Of a stretch of 64,000 bases of DNA, positions 45,528-61,378 are shown piece after piece. Each line of letters opens with the position of its first letter. Position 1 is the stretch's first letter. The DNA is from the human T2T-CHM13v2.0 reference genome, Homo sapiens: the NCBI RefSeq assembly GCF_009914755.1, contig NC_060939.1; one strand, given 5' to 3'. Both the position numbers and the translations under genes were made by a program. Below the pieces are notes generated by a model. The model saw only the letters and a list, made by a program, of their open reading frames with translations. It did not search any database and was not told the origin of the DNA.

Positions 45528-45925
45528 GTTAAATCTGAACTGCCTTTCCCCTGGATCAAGAGGAAAAAAAAAAACCAAAAAATTATATTTTGGATTATTC
45601 ATATCTGTCTTCCCCTTTATATGGGCAAATATGAAGAGTTAACTAATCACTGTTAATGAACAGAAACTTAGCATCAAATGCAATGAAACTATAATTCAAA
45701 TCTCTTATTATAACCACTATCATCAAAAACACTCTAGAGGGCACCAGAAACAGCAATATCTGTTTTTATTAAACTCAAGAAAGCAGGACCAACTTGTCTT
45801 TGATAATGAAAACCTCACTCTATGTATATATACTTAATGTACAATGCCGCTTTCTCCTCTCTTTATAAAGGCACAAAAATTTTCTTTAAATGTTTTTTAA
45901 AATTAAAAAAAAAAACAGTTATTAC

Positions 45926-45978
45926 CTGTGAGTCTGCCATATACATCTGACCTTGTTTAAGAAGCATATCTTCTTTTC
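45926..45978 (-). CDS. UACA: UACA exon 15 (53 nt), (R)KEDMLLKQGQMYMADSQ
   Basis: acceptor tttAG, donor GTaat; 37+53 nt restores frame. Confidence 0.92.
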
Positions 45979-46851
45979 CTAAATAAATGCAAATGAATGA
46001 CATTTTAACTTCAATATCCATACTAAAGTAGGCTAAACATTAATTTGATGTTATTTCCTTTATTATTCAAATAAAAGAGAAGCAAGAGGTACAACACAAA
46101 AGTATCCTCATTCTAAAATACCCATTTTCCCCTTATTATTTCTATAAACAGAAGTACCTACAATCTACTGAACAACAGATACTAGGTTGGTTTTTTTTTT
46201 TCTTATTTTTTTCTATGCTCTCTCTCAGCAGAATCACTAAAACTTCAGAAATATTGAGGACTCTTAAACTAGGCTACATGATAATAAAACATATATCTTA
46301 TAATCAATCAAAACAAAAATGATGATTTAAATTTATAGCATAAATATTACTGTTGTAGGAGAGAATAGTTTAATAGTCACTAGGAAACAAAAACAGATTT
46401 TCTAGAGAAACTGTTTAACATTGCAGAATAAAAAAGATTATGTAGGGTCTAAAAATAATTCATAAATGTAATTTTAAAATGCCTACTTGCATTAAGACCG
46501 ATTTCTCCAAATTAGAAAACTATGTTTATGTTCTTTCCATAAAAAAATGAACCCTAAATATCACAAGACAAATGTCTATGTCTACTAATCAACAAGGCAA
46601 ATTTGGTAATTCATACAATATACAATTTTAAAATACAGGTAGCTAAGGAGAATCAGAGCTTCAGTAATTATCAGAATATGTTAGAAGTTACAATAGTCAT
46701 CTTAACGTCTTCCTAGTTCCATGTGCTGATGAAGTTTAGCAGCAGGAATATCTTGTACAGTTATTCCTGTATAGTTAAACAAGTAAGAATAAACATTCTT
46801 CTTTACTTGAACTAGGTGAACTGTAATGATAATCCATACTTTTATACTTAC

Positions 46852-46888
46852 GGTTACTGAAATGACTTCCTGATCCTAAATGATCACT
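46852..46888 (-). CDS. UACA: UACA exon 14 (37 nt), SDHLGSGSHFSN(R)
   Basis: acceptor tttcAG, donor GTaagt. Confidence 0.9.
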
Positions 46889-47563
46889 CTGAAATCAGAA
46901 GCATAAAATATTTTAGGGTGAATGCTGCCTCATTTTGTTAAATTCTGTATCTATTTTAGCTCTAAATCATGCAGTCATTAAAACTACATTTTTGACATTC
47001 TTGTTTCTCCAGAGCATTATTCTACTCAAACCCACAAAAAGAAACAACACTAGCAACACTTAGAGAGATCAGCTGGGAATAAAGTACTTCACTAAGCATT
47101 TTAATAAAAGCAGCCAAGTGTTTTAAGAAAAAACTTTATTGCTCAAAAGAAAAAAAAAAGTGAGCCCTAAATGAACTGAAACAACTTTCAAAGACTACTG
47201 TTTGCTACTGCTTTACCTCAAAAGGAAGGAAGTGGCCACATTCATGTCAATAACTCATTTTACTTTACCACTGTAGGAAGCAGAAACCCTACCTCATTGA
47301 CTATGAAATATCAACATAACCACTTCTTCCAGAGTTTATAAAATACCAAGTACTTTGAAAGTAAAAAGAGAGAGAGAGCAGGAAATGAAACTGAGGCAGA
47401 GACCTACACATAGTAATAAATCCATCAATCCATTAGTTAGGAAATAATAGAGAACTCTAGCTACAGTGAATCAAAATATACTGGGTTGTTCCTTTTCCCA
47501 AGTAAGCCAAATACAAAGAATCTAATATATAAATTAAAATACTACACTTCAAGGGTAAGAATA

Positions 47564-48190
<627 letters not shown>

Positions 48191-48692
48191 CCAGAGTGAA
48201 ATGAAGAGTAAGGACAGGCAGATGTAGTTCATATTTGTATATTTAGGTGTATCAGTCCTAAAAGCTACATACCAAACTCTGAAGTAGTTGACCATGATAA
48301 AACAGTCCACAATTCCATGACTAAATTAATGCCACCTCCATTAATCATTAGTGCCCCCACAGTATGAAAAAATACCTATAAGCTTAGTTAAGCTCTTTGT
48401 TCTATGGAATATTTAATACTAAAGTTTACAATAACTACTAAATGGCCTCATACATGTATTAGGGGGTGCTATGCACATAAGGAGTTCAAAAAACTTAATT
48501 TGGTCTTATTATCTCTATTACTCAAATGAAAACAAATATAAAAGTTGTAACATAAAATCAGTCTCATTCTAAAATATCCATTTTCCCCATATTTTTATAC
48601 ATACAAGGGAAATAGCTACATGTTAAGTTATTATACATAACTCGTAACAGTAATTCCTTTGACAGTTAAGCTTTTTTAAGCATGTGAGATAA

Positions 48693-49047
<355 letters not shown>

Positions 49048-49487
49048 AAATTCTTAGTAGTTTTTAATGGTTGCTGTTATAAATACTGGGTCACATATAA
49101 AGTGGGACCTGTAATTTTCTGTTTGAAAGTAAAAAATCATATCTAGCATAAAATTTCATCACAATGAATACGTAGTGACTGAGGAAAATGTCCCCATCAT
49201 ACTGAATGGGAACAGTTACAAAACAGGATGTACTATATGATCCCACCTGTTGAATGAGTATATAACACACAAATTATGTACAAATGTCTGAAAGGATTTC
49301 AGTCAGGTGCTAGCAGAGTTAAGATTATAGGTGTCTTTTGCATCTGCTTTCAGTTTAAATATACTTTCTTATTTTTCTAAAGTAAATAAGTATTTTTATA
49401 AGAAAAATAAGTTACTTTTATGACTATTGTAAGTTATAGACTTGACATTTTAGACAAATTGTTTGTCTAAAGCTACAGAAAAACATC

Positions 49488-49785
49488 TTTTTTTTTCTTC
49501 CCCTTGAAACAGAGTCTCACTGTCACCCAGGCTGGAGTGCAGTGGCGTGATCTCACTCATTGCAACCTCCACCTCCCAGATTCAAGCAATTCTCCTGCTT
49601 CAGCCTCCTGAGTAGCTGGTATTACAGGCATGTGCCACCACGCCCTGCTAATTTTTGTATTTTTCGTAAAGACGGAGTTTTGCCATGTTGGCCAGGCTGG
49701 TTTCAAACTCCTGACCTTAAGTGATCCACCCACCTTGGCCTCCCAAAAGTGCGGGGATTACAGGCGTGAGACACTGCGCCTGGCC
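49488..49785 (-). mobile_element. AluS
   Basis: Alu consensus. Confidence 0.93.
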
Positions 49786-50627
49786 TATACCTTACACTTA
49801 AGACATGCGAAAGTCTAGCTCCTAGAAGAAATACATACATAAATAGTACCGAAATTATATTATACTTTGATTAATACTTAAAAGGCCCTGTATATACTCC
49901 TAAATTTTCTCATTCAAGTAATTCTAAGTGTAAAACTAGCATTGTAGTTAAAAGCACAACAGATGCTTGGGTTCAAGTCCTGACTCTGTCACTTATTATT
50001 TGTGAAACCCCTCATGGGTAAACCTCTCTGTGCCTCAACCTCCTTACCTGTGAAGTCAGGTAACAATAAAACTTATCACATAGAGTTGATTTCTTTTTTG
50101 ATGTACGACAAGAATGCAAAGTACATGGTCAGTGCTATTAAAATATTAGCAATCACCAGTTTCACAATTAGCCTAAAAAAGAGTCTTCAAATGTGAAGAA
50201 GATAGAAGCCACTACAGCTAGATCATTCTTTGGGTTATAAAATGGTGTTTCTGAATAATCTTGAAAATTCAGTCACATAAATATGTACACATATTAAGTG
50301 TGTATAATACAATGAATTTTTGCATATGCATACCTTTTGTAATTATACACAACCCAGATTAAGATATAAAACACTTCCAGGACACCAAAAGTTTCTTCAC
50401 ACACCTTACTCAGTAACCCCTCACCAAACGGCGGTCTCTATTCTAATCTCTAACATCATAGATTAGTTTTATCTGCTTTTGAACTTCATAAAAATAGAAT
50501 CGTGCAGTATGTACTCTTTGTGTCTGACTTATCTCTTGCAACACTGTCTGTGAGATTCATACATGTTTTATATTATTTTTCATAATGCACACATAGTTTT
50601 TTATTTACAAAGAAGAATATTATTTTT

Positions 50628-50911
50628 GCTATGGTCTGAATGTCTGCCAAAATGTGTTGAAACTTAAATTCCCACTGTGGTGGTATTAAGAGGTGGGGCC
50701 TTTTGGAAACTGATTAAGTCACGAGGGCTTCACTTAGGCTCCTTTTTGCCCTTTCGCCTTCTGCCAGGTGAGGATGCAGCAAAAGGCCCTCACCAGACAT
50801 GAACGCCAGAGCCTTGATCTTGGACTTTCCAGCCTCCAGAAATGGGAGAAATAAATTTGTTCTTTATAAATTTTCTTTATTTTGTTACAGCAGCATGAAC
50901 GGACTAAGGCA
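50628..50911 (+). mobile_element. MST-type MaLR LTR (internally deleted) next to an old L1M fragment (about 50270-50620)
   Basis: TGCTATGGTCTGAATGT...CTTGATCTTGGACTTTCCAGCCTCCAGAA...GGACTAAG. Confidence 0.8.
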
Positions 50912-51379
50912 CTTTTTTAGTGTACTTTGGGGCTGCATTCACCAACAAAGACAAAAGATTCATGCTGAATCAGCTGCCTTCAGTGATGCCCAGTGATGAA
51001 TCCTTTCTGAGATAATCCTGGACATATCATCATTCATTTATATGAATGCTTTTTATTATCATTATACTCACTGCAAATTTACAGGTAGAAATATGATGTT
51101 TTAAAAAGGTAAGGATGGACAATGAAGAGAAACTAGAATGACACTAAATGTCAATTACATGCTAGTCAATTTAAATGATCTCACTTAACCTTTATAACTA
51201 TGTGGAGAAAGAGACAATCACCCCAGTTTTGCCAAAGAGGCAACAAGTTTGAAGACTTTAAATAAGCAGCCCAAGGTCACACTATAAATAAGAGATTTAT
51301 AATTCAAATTCAAGTCTGATGCCAAGAGCCTTACCATTACCCATTATGAATTACAGGAAATAATTTATCCTTTCTATAC

Positions 51380-51478
51380 CTCAAAATATTTAAATCTATT
51401 TTTCAGAGCCTCAATAGTCCTTAAGCTTTCTTCATGTTGCTTTTCTTTAGCTGCCAAAAGGGACTTCAGCTTTTCTCT
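51380..51478 (-). CDS. UACA: UACA exon 13 (99 nt), REKLKSLLAAKEKQHEESLRTIEALKNRFKYFE
   Basis: acceptor tttcAG, donor GTata; phase 0-0. Confidence 0.94.
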
Positions 51479-51994
51479 CTGAAATGAAACAGAATAAATA
51501 CAGTAAAATCACCCTGTGCTTGGAATTGGATTAAAAATGTGTTTTAGAAAACGTGAATTGGAATTGCATTGAGGACTGGAGTTAATGAATTCTCCAACCT
51601 GGTGAACTTTAACTACTAATAGAGTTGATAATTTCTACAAATATACTAATGAAACATACAATATCTATAAACAAAATCATAAAAAATTCAAATCTCTGTT
51701 TTCAATCTTAATGTTTTCAGACATTTTCTTTATGTTTAGAATTTTATATTATTTTCAGGACAAGTTTCACAGAAAGTAAGACTTTCAGAGGCAATAACAA
51801 CAAAATGCCTACAATAATCTATGCCACTACATTCAAAACATCCTTTTTTAGTCATCTATAGATTTTGAATTTCCCTTTAATAACCAGAAATAGAATCCTG
51901 GTCTCTATCTCAATTCAGGACTTAAACCTTTACTACTATATCATCTTCAATTCCTAAAACAATTTTAATGGTTTAAAATAAAATGTCACCCTAC

Positions 51995-52027
51995 CTCGCT
52001 TTCCAGATCATCAGCAACCATAACTTC
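51995..52027 (-). CDS. UACA: UACA exon 12 (33 nt), EVMVADDLESE
   Basis: acceptor tttAG, donor GTagg; phase 0-0. Confidence 0.9.
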
Positions 52028-52985
52028 CTAAATTTAAAAAGAACACAAAATATTTTAATTCTTAAAAGCCTATTTTAAAAGGCATGAACTTGGCAAAGAT
52101 ATTTTAAAAAGATTGGCAAATGTCTTTAAGACTAGGGCCAAGGATATGAGAAGAAAATTATGTACAATTCTGTTGTATGAGTTGTCATTCATTCTTCTCA
52201 CTATCCAAATTCAGAAGCACTTTTGATTCTCTTGAGAACCTATCAACCACCAAGTCCTACTTGTTCTTGGTCCTCATATCTTCTGTCTACTTTTTCCTCT
52301 CCAATCCCATGGCCCTAACTATAGTTCAGCCTTTTGCTTTTGCATATGTTCAATTTTAGGAAAATCTAACATAGATAGCAAGATATTAAAGTGATACGGA
52401 AAATTAGAATCACAAGGACACAGCTGTACCAATCACGCAGTTACTTCTTACTTTTGAAATGCAAATATCACATAAGATTTCACCTGTGGTAAGTCCTGTA
52501 CATAATAAAATGTATATTTAAAGAGCAAACTGATGATACTAGATTTCATATATATTCTACTTTCCCTCTAAAAAATGATTTATGGATATTTCTTGTATTT
52601 CCAATTTTTTTATACAACAAGGAATATATTACAGGTCACTGTTTCTGTGATTTTGCTCATCACAGTGTTCTCTGGAATGCCCTCTGATTCCCTCTTACTT
52701 CCTTCAAAATTCAACAGAAGTACCATCTCCCACAGGAAGTGCCCCCCTCAGAAGCGGCAGCCCACAGTGATCTCTCCTCACTTCCCTGAACATTCTTTAC
52801 ACTGTCCTTACTTGTTAGCTTATGGTACTTTAAATGTAAAATTTCATGTAAAAATCCTGGTCCCCAGTAAGATTTAACTCCTCTGAAGTGCAATGAGCTA
52901 ATTTTACCTTCTTTAGCACAATCATTAACAATTTGCTATTGATATAGTAAGACAGTTTATTTTTCTATTATGCAGATTTATTTAC

Positions 52986-53093
52986 CTCATTCAGCTGTAA
53001 CTGTAAACCATTGACTTTATCCAAAAGTATTCTTTGTTCTTGCTGAATTTTTCTCAACCTCTCTTTCAAATCTTCATTTTCAATCTCCAAATC
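52986..53093 (-). CDS. UACA: UACA exon 11 (108 nt), DLEIENEDLKERL...LQLQLNE
   Basis: acceptor tttaAG, donor GTaaa; heptad pattern; phase 0-0. Confidence 0.94.
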
Positions 53094-53985
53094 CTTAAAT
53101 AATAAAGACAACAAGGTGCCAGGCCAATCTTAAAAGAGCAAATTCTTAAAGGAGAAATTTTTAAAAGCAGTTCACTACCATACAGGTACATACATATGTA
53201 AAACACTAAGTACAAAAGATACAATAATTTCAATGATATGCCAATGATTTAAAATCTACAGATCATAAATAAAATAGAAAATTACTATCCTATAATAGCT
53301 AATAAATACAAGTATATACTACAAGAGGGCAAATCATCCTAATTCCAATAAAGAAAAAATAAAAAGCATCTAGACACAGAAAAGAGCAAAAGAATATGCC
53401 ATTTTAACTTTTGCTTAAGACCTCCCAAATTTATGAGACTCTTCTAATCCTTTTGTTGAAATAATCATCATTTTCAGTGCTCTGGTAAAAGATAAAGGCT
53501 CGAATTTAAGGACATAGTTCATTTTCTTACACTACATAGTAAACTAAGAAAACCCAAATAAAATGCTTTTATTATACTGAAACAGCTATTCAATTTATCA
53601 TTTAACGGTGTTTCAGTCATAAAATTAATTATGGGTCCTTCCTCTAAAATAATCCTCATAATATTCTTTGGAAACTTTGACCAATATAAAAGCCAAAAAG
53701 TACTGTGTGGTTAGTTTAACAAAATTATTTTTCTCAATCAAAATAGAAAATACTTTAAGAAAAAAATCAGATTTAATTTACATTAATGATCATTTTTAAT
53801 ACTATAATTTTCTAAAATAAACACAAATGTATGGTTTACATCACAAAACAAACACATTTAAATCAAACAGTTATATAAAGTTGCTTTTTCTAATATATAT
53901 TAAAACAATACTTTCTACACCATACTTCTAGCGTTACATAATTAAATTTTATAATACTGGACTCAAACATTGATAACAAAAGTCA

Positions 53986-54335
<350 letters not shown>

Positions 54336-54502
54336 GAAGAGATTAGGCAAAAAAAAAGAGAATCACAAACAATTTTAACGAGCTTCCCTTTCTTTGCCCC
54401 ACTCATTTCACCCATTCTCTTGCTTCCTCTCTTCTCTCTCAATCCCACTACAAATACTGGAATTGTTTTTAAAGGAAGACACCATTATTTTTTTCTTTTT
54501 AC

Positions 54503-54571
54503 CTGAATATTTTGATGCTCCCTCTGATGTGACTTCACATTTACTTCATCTTGCATGTGTGTCAAATTTCG
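54503..54571 (-). CDS. UACA: UACA exon 10 (69 nt), RNLTHMQDEVNVKSHQREHQNIQ
   Basis: acceptor ccaaAG, donor GTaaa; phase 0-0. Confidence 0.92.
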
Positions 54572-56693
54572 CTTTGGTAAAACATAAGAAAACACGGGTC
54601 AGCAAGTGTAAGAATACAGAAAAGTATATTTTCCTCAATTGGCAATACACCCAGTTAGTGATTTTCAGTTTATCCAACATTAGCTGCACATAACACAAGG
54701 TGGCAGTGTTTCTATTTAAAACTCCAAAATGGAAAGGACCTTTAAGACTATGTTTTAAATAAATCAAGTATAACTTATTTAAAAATACTAAATAATAACA
54801 AATTTTAAAATATTATTAAGGATTTATTTTAACTAAAGTCACAAAATTTTAAAAAGAATTTGTAATAAATGCATAACAAAAGTTGGGCTATAAAGCACTG
54901 CATTGCCAACTACTAAAAGAACTCAACTTAAAAAAAAAAAAAAGGAAGAGGAAGGGGAAGTCACATTAATTTGTAAAGACAATACAGAAATTATTTACTT
55001 CTCTGAGCACCACCAAAATAAAATATCAAGAGGTATGGTAAGGAAGAGACAGACAGTCCCTCTGACCTGAGCAATATAAAAAGGTCTTTAAATAACTTGG
55101 TTGGGTGTATGTTCTGTTTTTGTAACTTACTGCTTTGAAACTTTATTCCAGCTTAGAGATTTGCTTTAACAAAAACAACATAATTATTAAACAAGAGAAT
55201 AACCCCCCTTTCAAAAAAACCAAAATGATCTTTAAATCTCCACAATAACTAATGTAGAAAGCTATTTATTTCTTCCTAATTAGGTTAAAAAAAAAACTAC
55301 TGCTTTAATTCTTCGAGATGATTTTCTCATGTTTTGTATTATTTGTTTACCTTTGCTTGATCAAGTTTTTAAACTATCATTCAAATGAGTTTGGATCTAG
55401 AACTAGAGGAACAACTCCCATTTAAAAGATATTCTATATCCACAATTTGGCCCTAACTATGTTTACAGCCTCATTCCTTCTACCAAAGGACTGTTCTTCA
55501 AGTGGAATCTGACATCTTCTCACAGCTCACCTGATCATACCACTTTCATTTCCAGCCTTCACTTCAGCATCCTCACCCACTGCCTCCACTATATCCTAAC
55601 TCAGACATACTAAATCAACCGCATCCTTTAATTAAGATCCATCTTCCTGACAAGCCTTGTTATTAGCACACTAAAAGAACCTCTCTTGCACCTCTGGCTC
55701 CACTTAGCAGCGATCTGATCACGTGCACCACTGATTGGGGTGCACACGTCCTGCCTTCCGCCATCTGGTAGTCACTGGTGGGTACATATCAATAGTCCTT
55801 ATCATACAAGGTCCTTCTTAATCTAGCCCTTTGTTACTTTAGCAGCTTCTTCTGCTCCCTCCACGATGGGCACATCGCTCCTGTCACACTTGTCTGCTGC
55901 TGCCCCATGAACATGTCTAACCTGCTCCCTCATCAGGGGCTGGGCACCTGCCCTTCCCTCAGCCTGTGAGGCTTCTCCCACAGACTTCCACCCACTCCCT
56001 CTTCATCCCTTAATTCTGTTTTGTTTTTCTTCACAGCATCTGCTATGATACTAAATATTCCTTTGCTTATTGTTCATCTCTCACTAAGCTAGGAGTTCCA
56101 TAAGGGCAGAGACTTCGTACACTACAATATTCCCAGCACTTAGAACAGTAGTTGGCATGTTGTAGATGTTCAGCAGATATCTGTGAACAAACAACTGAGT
56201 GAGTCTTACATTTGCAACTATACTGTAGGCTTCTTGAAAACAGAGATTACATGTGCCTTAGTATTAAAAAAAAAAAGTCCTATTTACAGCGTATATTTAG
56301 TAAGTGTATTCAATAAATGACGGAAACACAGTAATTAGGAGCAGTGTGTCTTTCTGTTCCTAGTAGAATATTAACTCCTTGTATTCACTTCAATATTTCC
56401 TAGAGCACTGAGCAGAGAACAATTCCCATATTAATATTCAATAATTCTTTTTATTTTAAATATCTATATATTTCAGAAATCATTTTTCTCTGATTCTGTG
56501 TGAGATGGCTAGTACAGTCATAGCAGTGTACATTTTTTTTCACTCTACTCACACTTAGGTTATATGAGGCACAGGGAAGAAGGCTGGAACAGTTGCTCCA
56601 GATGGAAAAGTGTCAACAGACATGACCCATATATGAACATATTAATTCAGATGGATTGAAAAGGAAAACAAGCTTTAATATAACTTTCATGAT

Positions 56694-56788
56694 AAGTGCA
56701 GCAAACCACCACGGCACATGTATACCTATGTACAAACTGGCACATTCAGCACATGTATCTCAGAACTTAAAGCAAAATTTTTAAAAAA
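56694..56788 (+). mobile_element. Very short L1PA 3' end
   Basis: GCAGCAAACCACCACGGCACATGTATACCTATGT..AGAACTTAAAG. Confidence 0.8.
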
Positions 56789-57651
56789 TGTAGCTTTCAG
56801 ATTCAGGTGAGAGGTACAAAAATGACACAGGATGATGATCAGAATTGCTCAAGGTACCTGATTACTTTCTCTTCAGGGTTTGCAAATGCTTAGGTTCCTC
56901 TCACTAGAGAAAAGCTGAAAGCCTGGAAGGGAACAGTCAGCAGGAGAGGAAAGCTGCCTACACTAGCTTTTGAGCCACGGTACTGTAAACCAACCCTGCT
57001 TACTTTAACACAAATAGATTAGCAGAAAACATAAGACATTTCACAACCAGGATATCAAAACAGGGTTAAACAGTAATTTAATAATAAATGTAGTGCAAAG
57101 CATGAATTATTTCAAGTGTTGTTATTCCGTAAAGTCCTCAATTAAATACACACAGAAAAAAAGACTGAAGAAGAAATAAAAACACTAACAGTGGCATTGA
57201 AATCACAATATATAATCAGTTTAGAACTCTGTTTTCTTCATTTCTTAATTACACTGGAAGAATTTTCCCATAACAGTCAATATTTTGTCCTGTTATTAAG
57301 GGAGACTGGGGGAAACTGTCTATGATCTGCCAAGCTAAAGTTCATCATTTAGCAAGTTACAATGTCTCCTACTTGAAAAAACTGAATGCTCACGGCCCTA
57401 ATCAGGAGGCTATCTCTTTCCCACTGGATACCTTCATTGAAACTGAGATCTAATGTGTCTCAAGCTAAGTGATAGTATCTTGATAGGACCTCATGATCTA
57501 AGTATCCAGAATCTACACGGGCTTGATTAACTGAGAAGAGAGATAGAACGCATTTAAACTCAGAATAGTTATGCTAACTATTAACTAGTTTTACTAAGCA
57601 CTTTAAACTATACAATACATATAATTATTTAAAATTAAAATTAATATCTAC

Positions 57652-57689
57652 CTGTTGCAAAGATGGCCCTTTCTTCCAAAGTTCTCTCC
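57652..57689 (-). CDS. UACA: UACA exon 9 (38 nt), (G)RELWKKGPSLQQ
   Basis: acceptor cttAG, donor GTaga; restores frame. Confidence 0.92.
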
Positions 57690-57963
57690 CTAAGATTTAG
57701 AGAAAAAGAGAAACAACAAAATGGCAGGTTAACTTGGGGTAGGTACGCATTCCCTAACTATACAATTGAGTCAATATTAAATAAATAAACTTTAGAGTTT
57801 CCTCTAAAGCTTACAACTTTTTAGTTTTATTTCTAAAACGTATGCTTGAAACAATAATGACATCTCACTTTTGCCTATCAAATTAGCAAAATTTTTATAA
57901 CAATATTCAAGTAGGTAAGATTAAAGACTAAGGATTGGAGGCAGGTAAAAAATGGGAAATTTA

Positions 57964-58262
<299 letters not shown>

Positions 58263-58928
58263 GAGGGGAAGAAAATTTAAAAAGCTCCTAAATTCGAAGG
58301 CAATTTGCCAACATAGACCAAAGGCTTAAAGAAATGTGCATGCCCTGAAACTCAGTGATTCAATTTCTAGGAACCGACCCTAAAGGGTAATAAAAATATA
58401 CTAAAATATTTATGCATAAGGACAGTCATAACCTTTGTGTATTAATGAATAATTATAAATAGCTTAAACACTACATGTAGAAAACTGCTTTATTAAATGA
58501 AACTTAAATAAATGGAATCTCATACACCAATAAAAATCATACTATAGAAAAACTATTTTTGAGGGAAAGGCCTTCAAAATAGGTTACATAAAAAAGTAAG
58601 CTACAATTCAGATTTACAGTGAATTCAATTTAATGGGAAAAGACTAGAAGGATATTTCTCAAAATGTTAACAGAGGCTTCTCAGTGGTAATGAGTGACTA
58701 TTCATTGTGCTTTTCTGTATGTTCCTGTTTTTTTTAAAAAAAACATAAAAAATCATGGCATAGGCATTTGGTAAATATCAGCTGACTATTTTACATACAT
58801 GTTTAAACAATGATTCTTTAAAACTTCGTAAGTATAAAAAGTTGGGAGGTTCACCCCTCTTCATCAAAAAAAAAAAAAAAGTTAGTAAAACACTTGACTC
58901 TTCCTTCTCAGTTCTGAAGTTATTCCAG

Positions 58929-59584
58929 TGTCTTAGTGTTCACTGGATAAACTAGATTATATATGCAACACACACTGCCTCAAAGCAAGTGACCATAATG
59001 TAAGTAAGCAAATCCATGTTGTAGAGGGAGATGAACCAATACTGTTTATCAGTAAGGAATGTTTTGCTTCTTATAAACTGTAGTTCTACTACCTAAGTCT
59101 TTTAAAAAGTGGCTCTTTGTTAATGTGGACTTTTCTAGTTACAGAAAACTGCTGATACCTTTGTTGGTATTTTCCGATGCAGTCTTCAACAAGGTTAGAA
59201 TGTCCAGATTGTCACCAATTCTTGCATAGTAAGAACTATCATGGCCAAGCGCATCCAGCAAGCTTATATCAGCACCATTTTTAATTAAGACTTCTACTGC
59301 ATCTCTGCAACCATATTCGCAACCTAGCATGAGGGCAGTTCTAAATGGAAAAATGGAAGAGCAAAAGACTGAGAAAACTCCAAGGAAATATTGCAGAAAT
59401 ATTCTGCCCTATTGTTGAACACTGTCTTAGTGTTCACTGGATAAACTAGATTATATATGCAACACACACTGCCTCAAAGCAAGTGACTATAATGTAAGTA
59501 AGCAAATCCATGTTGTAGAGGGAGATGAACCAATACTGTTTATCAGTAAGGAATGTTTTGCTTCTTATAAACTGTAGTTCTACT
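58929..59584. repeat. 162-bp direct repeat pair (58929-59090 and 59423-59584) flanking exon 8
   Basis: identical except one C/T (GACCATAAT vs GACTATAAT). Confidence 0.96.
59159..59340 (-). CDS. UACA: UACA exon 8 (182 nt), TALMLGCEYG...ASENTNK(G), last ankyrin repeats
   Basis: acceptor tttAG, donor GTatc; matches ORF 59139..59330. Confidence 0.95.
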
Positions 59585-60681
59585 TGAACACTAAGTTCAA
59601 GTAAGTGTTCAACACTACTTGAACACTTACTTGAACACTAAGACATGCTCCCTTCTTGAAGAATAGACACTACTTTAAGAAGTCATGCCTGTTACAGATA
59701 TAGATTTTACTTTATATTCATTGCATTTATAAAAACATTTGCTTTGTCTTCTATATCCTTATATCCTTTAATTACTTCTACTACCAAACCAACCTCATTT
59801 ATTCCACTTCTTCAATGTCCTACACGTAAATAATCACCACAAAAATTTTCCACAACTGATACTGTCACCCCATGTGATCAAAACCCAACTTTTTCAGTCC
59901 CTTCATGAACTGAACCACATCATGCAAACCTCCCCTAAGAATCCCTTCTCCTCCAAGAGAAGTATCAGATTCCATTCCTGATGTTCCTGCTTAGAAGAAC
60001 CTTGATTCTTCTACCTGAAGACCTTCACATCTTCAGACTACAACTAACGCCATGCAACATGGATCATTGCTTTATTCTATTGCAATAGAACCACTGGCAC
60101 TCAAACATCTCACAGTACATCAGCAAATACTAATCATGCAACAAAATAATTGTCATGAAAATCTAGAAGGACCCTAGAAATTATTTTGTCTAATCCTCTA
60201 TTTTTTAGGATGGGGCTAACCAACACGTAATGAAATGAAATGACATATCCTATATCTAACTCTGTCTTCAATTGTGAATATTGGATCTCTTAAGGAAACT
60301 GACTCTTGCCTTTTCTCTGCTATGTATGCTGTGTTTCTCATATTCAAGCCTTGTCCCCCAACTCCCCCGTAGTTGCTGATAAGAAATTCTGTACAAAACA
60401 GGCATTAACAAAGTTTTTGTTATTTAAAAAATGCTACATATAAAACAGGAAAAAAAGAAATGAATATAGAGTATTAGAAACTAAGGTTATAAATTATGTT
60501 GAAAACCATATGCTATTTAGTCTATACAATATACACTGCCCTGCTTCATTGGCTTTTTGTGAATGCCCAATGAAAAAACATAGATAAAGTGCTTTGAAAA
60601 ATGTGAGAGCTATAAAAAATATAAAGCACTGTATGTAGATCAACCAGATTATCCCTCTGTGATCCTAAAATTAAATTTAAC

Positions 60682-60921
<240 letters not shown>

Positions 60922-61044
60922 GTAAAATTTAATTTTAAAATCCAATTTTCTTCATCATGCTTGGAATCAGATGATAGTATCCACAAAAACAAAGTAATAT
61001 TAAAAAGCCACTTCTTAATCACATCTTTTTTTTTTTTTTTTAAT

Positions 61045-61378
61045 ATTTAAAGAGGTTTATTCTGAGCCAAATGTTAGCAACCATGGCCCATGACACAGCC
61101 TCAGGAGGTCCTGAGAATGGGTGCCGGAGGTGGTTGAGTTACAACTTGGTTTTATACATTTTAGGGAGACAAAAGTTACAGGCAAAGGTATAAATCAATA
61201 CATATAAGGTATACATTGGTTTAGCTCAGAATGTCAGGACATTTCAAAGTAGGGGCTTCCAAGTCAAAGATTTCCTGATTGGGAATTGATTGAAAGCATT
61301 AAGCTTTGTCTGGAGAATTGAAGTCAATATAAAGAAATGCTTGAGTTAAGATAAGGGGAGTTGTAGAAGCCAGGGTTC
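61045..61378 (-). mobile_element. MER4-group ERV1 LTR fragment
   Basis: GTTTATTCTGAGCCAAA..CAGCCTCAGGAGGTCCTGA..TTGGTTTTATACATTTTAGGGAGACA. Confidence 0.8.
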
